Under the pieces are notes generated by a model. It made no database searches, was not told the origin of the DNA, and saw only the letters and a list, made by a program, of their open reading frames with translations. A program made the translations under genes and the position numbers. A DNA stretch of 64,000 nucleotides from Gaiellaceae bacterium (GTDB lineage: Bacteria; Actinomycetota; Thermoleophilia; Gaiellales; Gaiellaceae): positions 13,017-77,016 of the forward strand of contig DATIXI010000041.1 in NCBI GenBank assembly GCA_035518635.1, given 5' to 3'. Shown here in pieces: positions 61,726 to 64,000 of this stretch. Every line of letters begins with the position of its first letter. Position 1 is the first letter of the stretch.

Positions 61726-62442
61726 CGGAGAGCTCAGCTCGGCGTCCATGTCGCGCCGCCGCGCGAGCGCCTGGAGCACGAGCACGGTGTCGGCGACGGG
61801 GATGTCCTCGAGGTACTCCTCGCGCCTCTCGAACGACTCGAGCACCGAATCGGCGGCCTCCGCGTAGCCGAGGACGTCCTGCGCTGCGATGAAGGCCAGC
61901 GCGTCGCCGACGTCGCGGGGGAAGTCGTCACGGATCCGGATCGCGTCTGCGTGCACGCGCGCGTCCACGTCACGGCCGAGCACGAGCAGCGCGAGCGCGG
62001 CCGCGTAGCCTCCGATCGGCGAGTCGGCCTCGGCAGCTCCCGCCTCCAGCGCCCATGCGGCCGCCTGCTCGGCGCCCGGCCAGTCGTCCGCCAGCACCAG
62101 TGCCTTGATCGCGCCGATCGGCCGGCCCCAGCTTCCGGGCGGCGCGTCGTCGAAGCTCTCCCGGTAGCGCTCGGCGGCGCGGTGGAGCCAGTCGGACGCC
62201 TCGTCGCGGCGGCCCTGCATGAGGAGCGCCAGGCCGGCGCCCCCTGCCGCATTGCCGAGCCGGGTCAGCTGGCGCTGGCGCCCGTCCGGATCGTCGTCCT
62301 CGTCCGGCGTCCGGAGCCGCGACTCCCCGTCGAGGTACCGAGCCTCCTCCCGCACGAAGTGCGCGGCCCAGTCCTCCTCCGGCCCGCCGGCGTCTGGTTT
62401 AGGCACACCCGACCTCCTCCCCACTGCGATCGTATCGAGCAA
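61711..62442 (-). CDS. Hypothetical helical-repeat (TPR-like?) protein
   Basis: 243-aa ORF with good third-position GC. Ala/Asp-rich helical pattern with no firm motif. Confidence 0.5.
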   Translation of the reverse strand: MLDTIAVGRRSGVPKPDAGGPEEDWAAHFVREEARYLDGESRLRTPDEDDDPDGRQRQLTRLGNAAGGAGLALLMQGRRDEASDWLHRAAERYRESFDDAPPGSWGRPIGAIKALVLADDWPGAEQAAAWALEAGAAEADSPIGGYAAALALLVLGRDVDARVHADAIRIRDDFPRDVGDALAFIAAQDVLGYAEAADSVLESFERREEYLEDIPVADTVLVLQALARRRDMDAELSSPLLPD

Positions 62443-62519
62443 CTGCGCACGGATGGGCTACGGGACCGTGCCGGATGTGTGCTGCTTCGTCCACCACGCG
62501 ATGGACTAGGCTCCTCGGC

Positions 62520-63707
62520 GTGGCGCGTGAGCTGCGCGAAGTCGTGTACGTCGACGGCGTTCGAACCGCATTCGGGCGCGCCGGGCCGAAAGGAGTGTTC
62601 TGGCGGACGCGCGCCGACGACCTCGGCGTGAAGGTCGTCCGGGAGCTGCTCCGGCGAAACCCTCGGCTCGACCGGGCTCGGATCGACGACGTGATCATGG
62701 CGGCGACCGCGCAGGTCGGGGACCAGGGGCTCACCCTCGGCCGCGACGTCGCGCTCCTGGCCGGCTTGCCGCCGTCCGTCCCGGGCTTTGCAGTCGACCG
62801 GATGTGCGCCGGAGCGCTGACGGCCGTCACAGCGGGGGCCGGCGAAATCGCAATGGGCTCGGCAGACGTCGTCCTCGCGGGCGGCGTCGAGCACATGGGG
62901 CACCACCCCATGGGCGAGGACGTCGACTTCAACCCGCGCTTCGTCGCGGAGAGGCTGGTCGATTCATCCGCGGTCACGATGGGCGCGACCGCCGAGAACC
63001 TCCACGACCGCTTTCCGCAGCTGACAAAGCGGGACTCCGACGCGCTTGCCGTTCGCTCGCAGCACCGGGCGGCCGCCGCCTGGGAGAACGGGGTGATGCG
63101 CGAGACGGTCGTCCCGATGTCCGTCTTCACGGACGATGGGTGGCGCCTCGCCGACCGGGACGAGTTCCTGCGGCCGGACACGAGCCTCGACGGACTGGCC
63201 GACCTGCCCACGCCCTTCCGGCCGGGTGGCCGGGTCACGGCCGGCAACTCCGCCGGGCTGACCGACGGCGCGGCGGTCGTCCTCTTGGCCTCTGAACAAG
63301 CGGCGCACGACCTGGGCCTCGAGCCGCGGATGCGGCTCGTCTCCTACGCATTTGCGGGAGTCGAGCCGGAGCTGATGGGGCTCGGCCCGGTCCCGGCGAC
63401 CGAGAAGGCGGTCGCGCTCGCCGGCCTGAGCGTCGACGACATCGGCCTCTTCGAGCTGAACGAGCCGTTCGCCGTCCAGGTGCTCACCTGGTGCGAGGCG
63501 CTCGGCGTCGCTCCCGAGGACGAGCGGCTCAACCCGTACGGTGGCGCGATCGCGTGCGGGCATCCGCTCGCTGCAACGGGGGCGCGCCTGCTGGCGCAGC
63601 TGGCCTACGGCTTCCGCGAGCGGCCCGGCGTGCGGTACGGCCTCACCGCCCTGTGCGTCGGGATGGGCATGGGCGCGGCCGTGATCTGGGAGAACCTCGC
63701 TGGCTGA
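62520..63707 (+). CDS. Acetyl-CoA C-acyltransferase (thiolase)
   Basis: VVYVDGVRTAFGRAG, DRMCAGALTAV (active Cys), NPYGGAIACGHPLAATGAR and ALCVGMGMG. GTG 62520 was chosen; the ORF is open from 62475. Confidence 0.85.
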   Translation: MARELREVVYVDGVRTAFGRAGPKGVFWRTRADDLGVKVVRELLRRNPRLDRARIDDVIMAATAQVGDQGLTLGRDVALLAGLPPSVPGFAVDRMCAGALTAVTAGAGEIAMGSADVVLAGGVEHMGHHPMGEDVDFNPRFVAERLVDSSAVTMGATAENLHDRFPQLTKRDSDALAVRSQHRAAAAWENGVMRETVVPMSVFTDDGWRLADRDEFLRPDTSLDGLADLPTPFRPGGRVTAGNSAGLTDGAAVVLLASEQAAHDLGLEPRMRLVSYAFAGVEPELMGLGPVPATEKAVALAGLSVDDIGLFELNEPFAVQVLTWCEALGVAPEDERLNPYGGAIACGHPLAATGARLLAQLAYGFRERPGVRYGLTALCVGMGMGAAVIWENLAG

Positions 63708-64000
63708 CACCGAGTTCAAGCTCGCGCGCGTCGAGACCGAGCGCGGCGCCGTCGCGCTGGTCACGATCGACAACGGCCAGGACTACACGAAGCCGACGTT
63801 CTTCGGGCGGGCCGCGCTCGAGTCGCTGGAGCGGCTGCTCCCACAGCTCGAGGACGGCGACTGGTCGGCCCTCGTCGTCACCGGGAAGCCGTTCGTCTTC
63901 GCGGCGGGGGCGGACATCAGCGAGTTCCCCGGAGCGACCCGCGAGCTCGCGATCGAGGGCAGCCGGGCGGGCCACGAGCTCTTCGGCCGGATCCGCGCCC
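63700..64000 (+). CDS. Enoyl-CoA hydratase domain of a FadB-like protein, N-terminal fragment; 3' end outside the window
   Basis: The frame is open from 63685 to the window end. VALVTIDNG..., LVVTGKPFVFAAGADISEF crotonase motif. No ATG/GTG/TTG is available; only CTG 63700. Confidence 0.7.
   Translation, partial: MADTEFKLARVETERGAVALVTIDNGQDYTKPTFFGRAALESLERLLPQLEDGDWSALVVTGKPFVFAAGADISEFPGATRELAIEGSRAGHELFGRIRA

Overview
This 64 kb window is a very high-GC, actinobacterium-like chromosomal segment (spot counts of ~73% GC in core genes). It is densely packed with about 70 protein genes and one tRNA-Asp. I found no rRNA, CRISPR array, transposase or integrase. Most of it is housekeeping or metabolic: malic enzyme, YitJ-like Hcy-methyltransferase/MetF fusion, DinB, KorAB 2-oxoacid:ferredoxin oxidoreductase, ProC, Pgl, UppP, thiolase/FadB, cysteine synthase. 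There are also two ABC-2 export systems, an MFS pump, a CPA1 antiporter and MarR, ArsR, ECF-sigma and LAL regulators. Five things deserve a second look. (1) An MtrA/MtrB-like two-component operon is followed by three separate exported beta-propeller proteins, one carrying GerMN, where a single LpqB would be expected. A conserved 36-nt cis element sits in front of three genes of the neighbourhood. (2) A ~5.9 kb lower-GC block (~58%) directly downstream of tRNA-Asp encodes only exported proteins of unknown function, including a paralogous family with duplicated promoter/leader, and ends at an adenylate-cyclase gene remnant. (3) A tandem duplication next to a LAL-type regulator encodes two small exported, C-terminally anchored proteins with conserved ends and a diverged middle. 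(4) A candidate ~150-nt sRNA (promoter, two hairpins with identical loops, intrinsic terminator) lies antisense in the leader of the MetF-fusion gene. (5) A cupin domain is fused in frame to the malic enzyme. All functional calls rest on motif recognition by eye; no database search was run. Start codons were chosen from SD spacing and start/stop overlaps and are the least certain coordinates.
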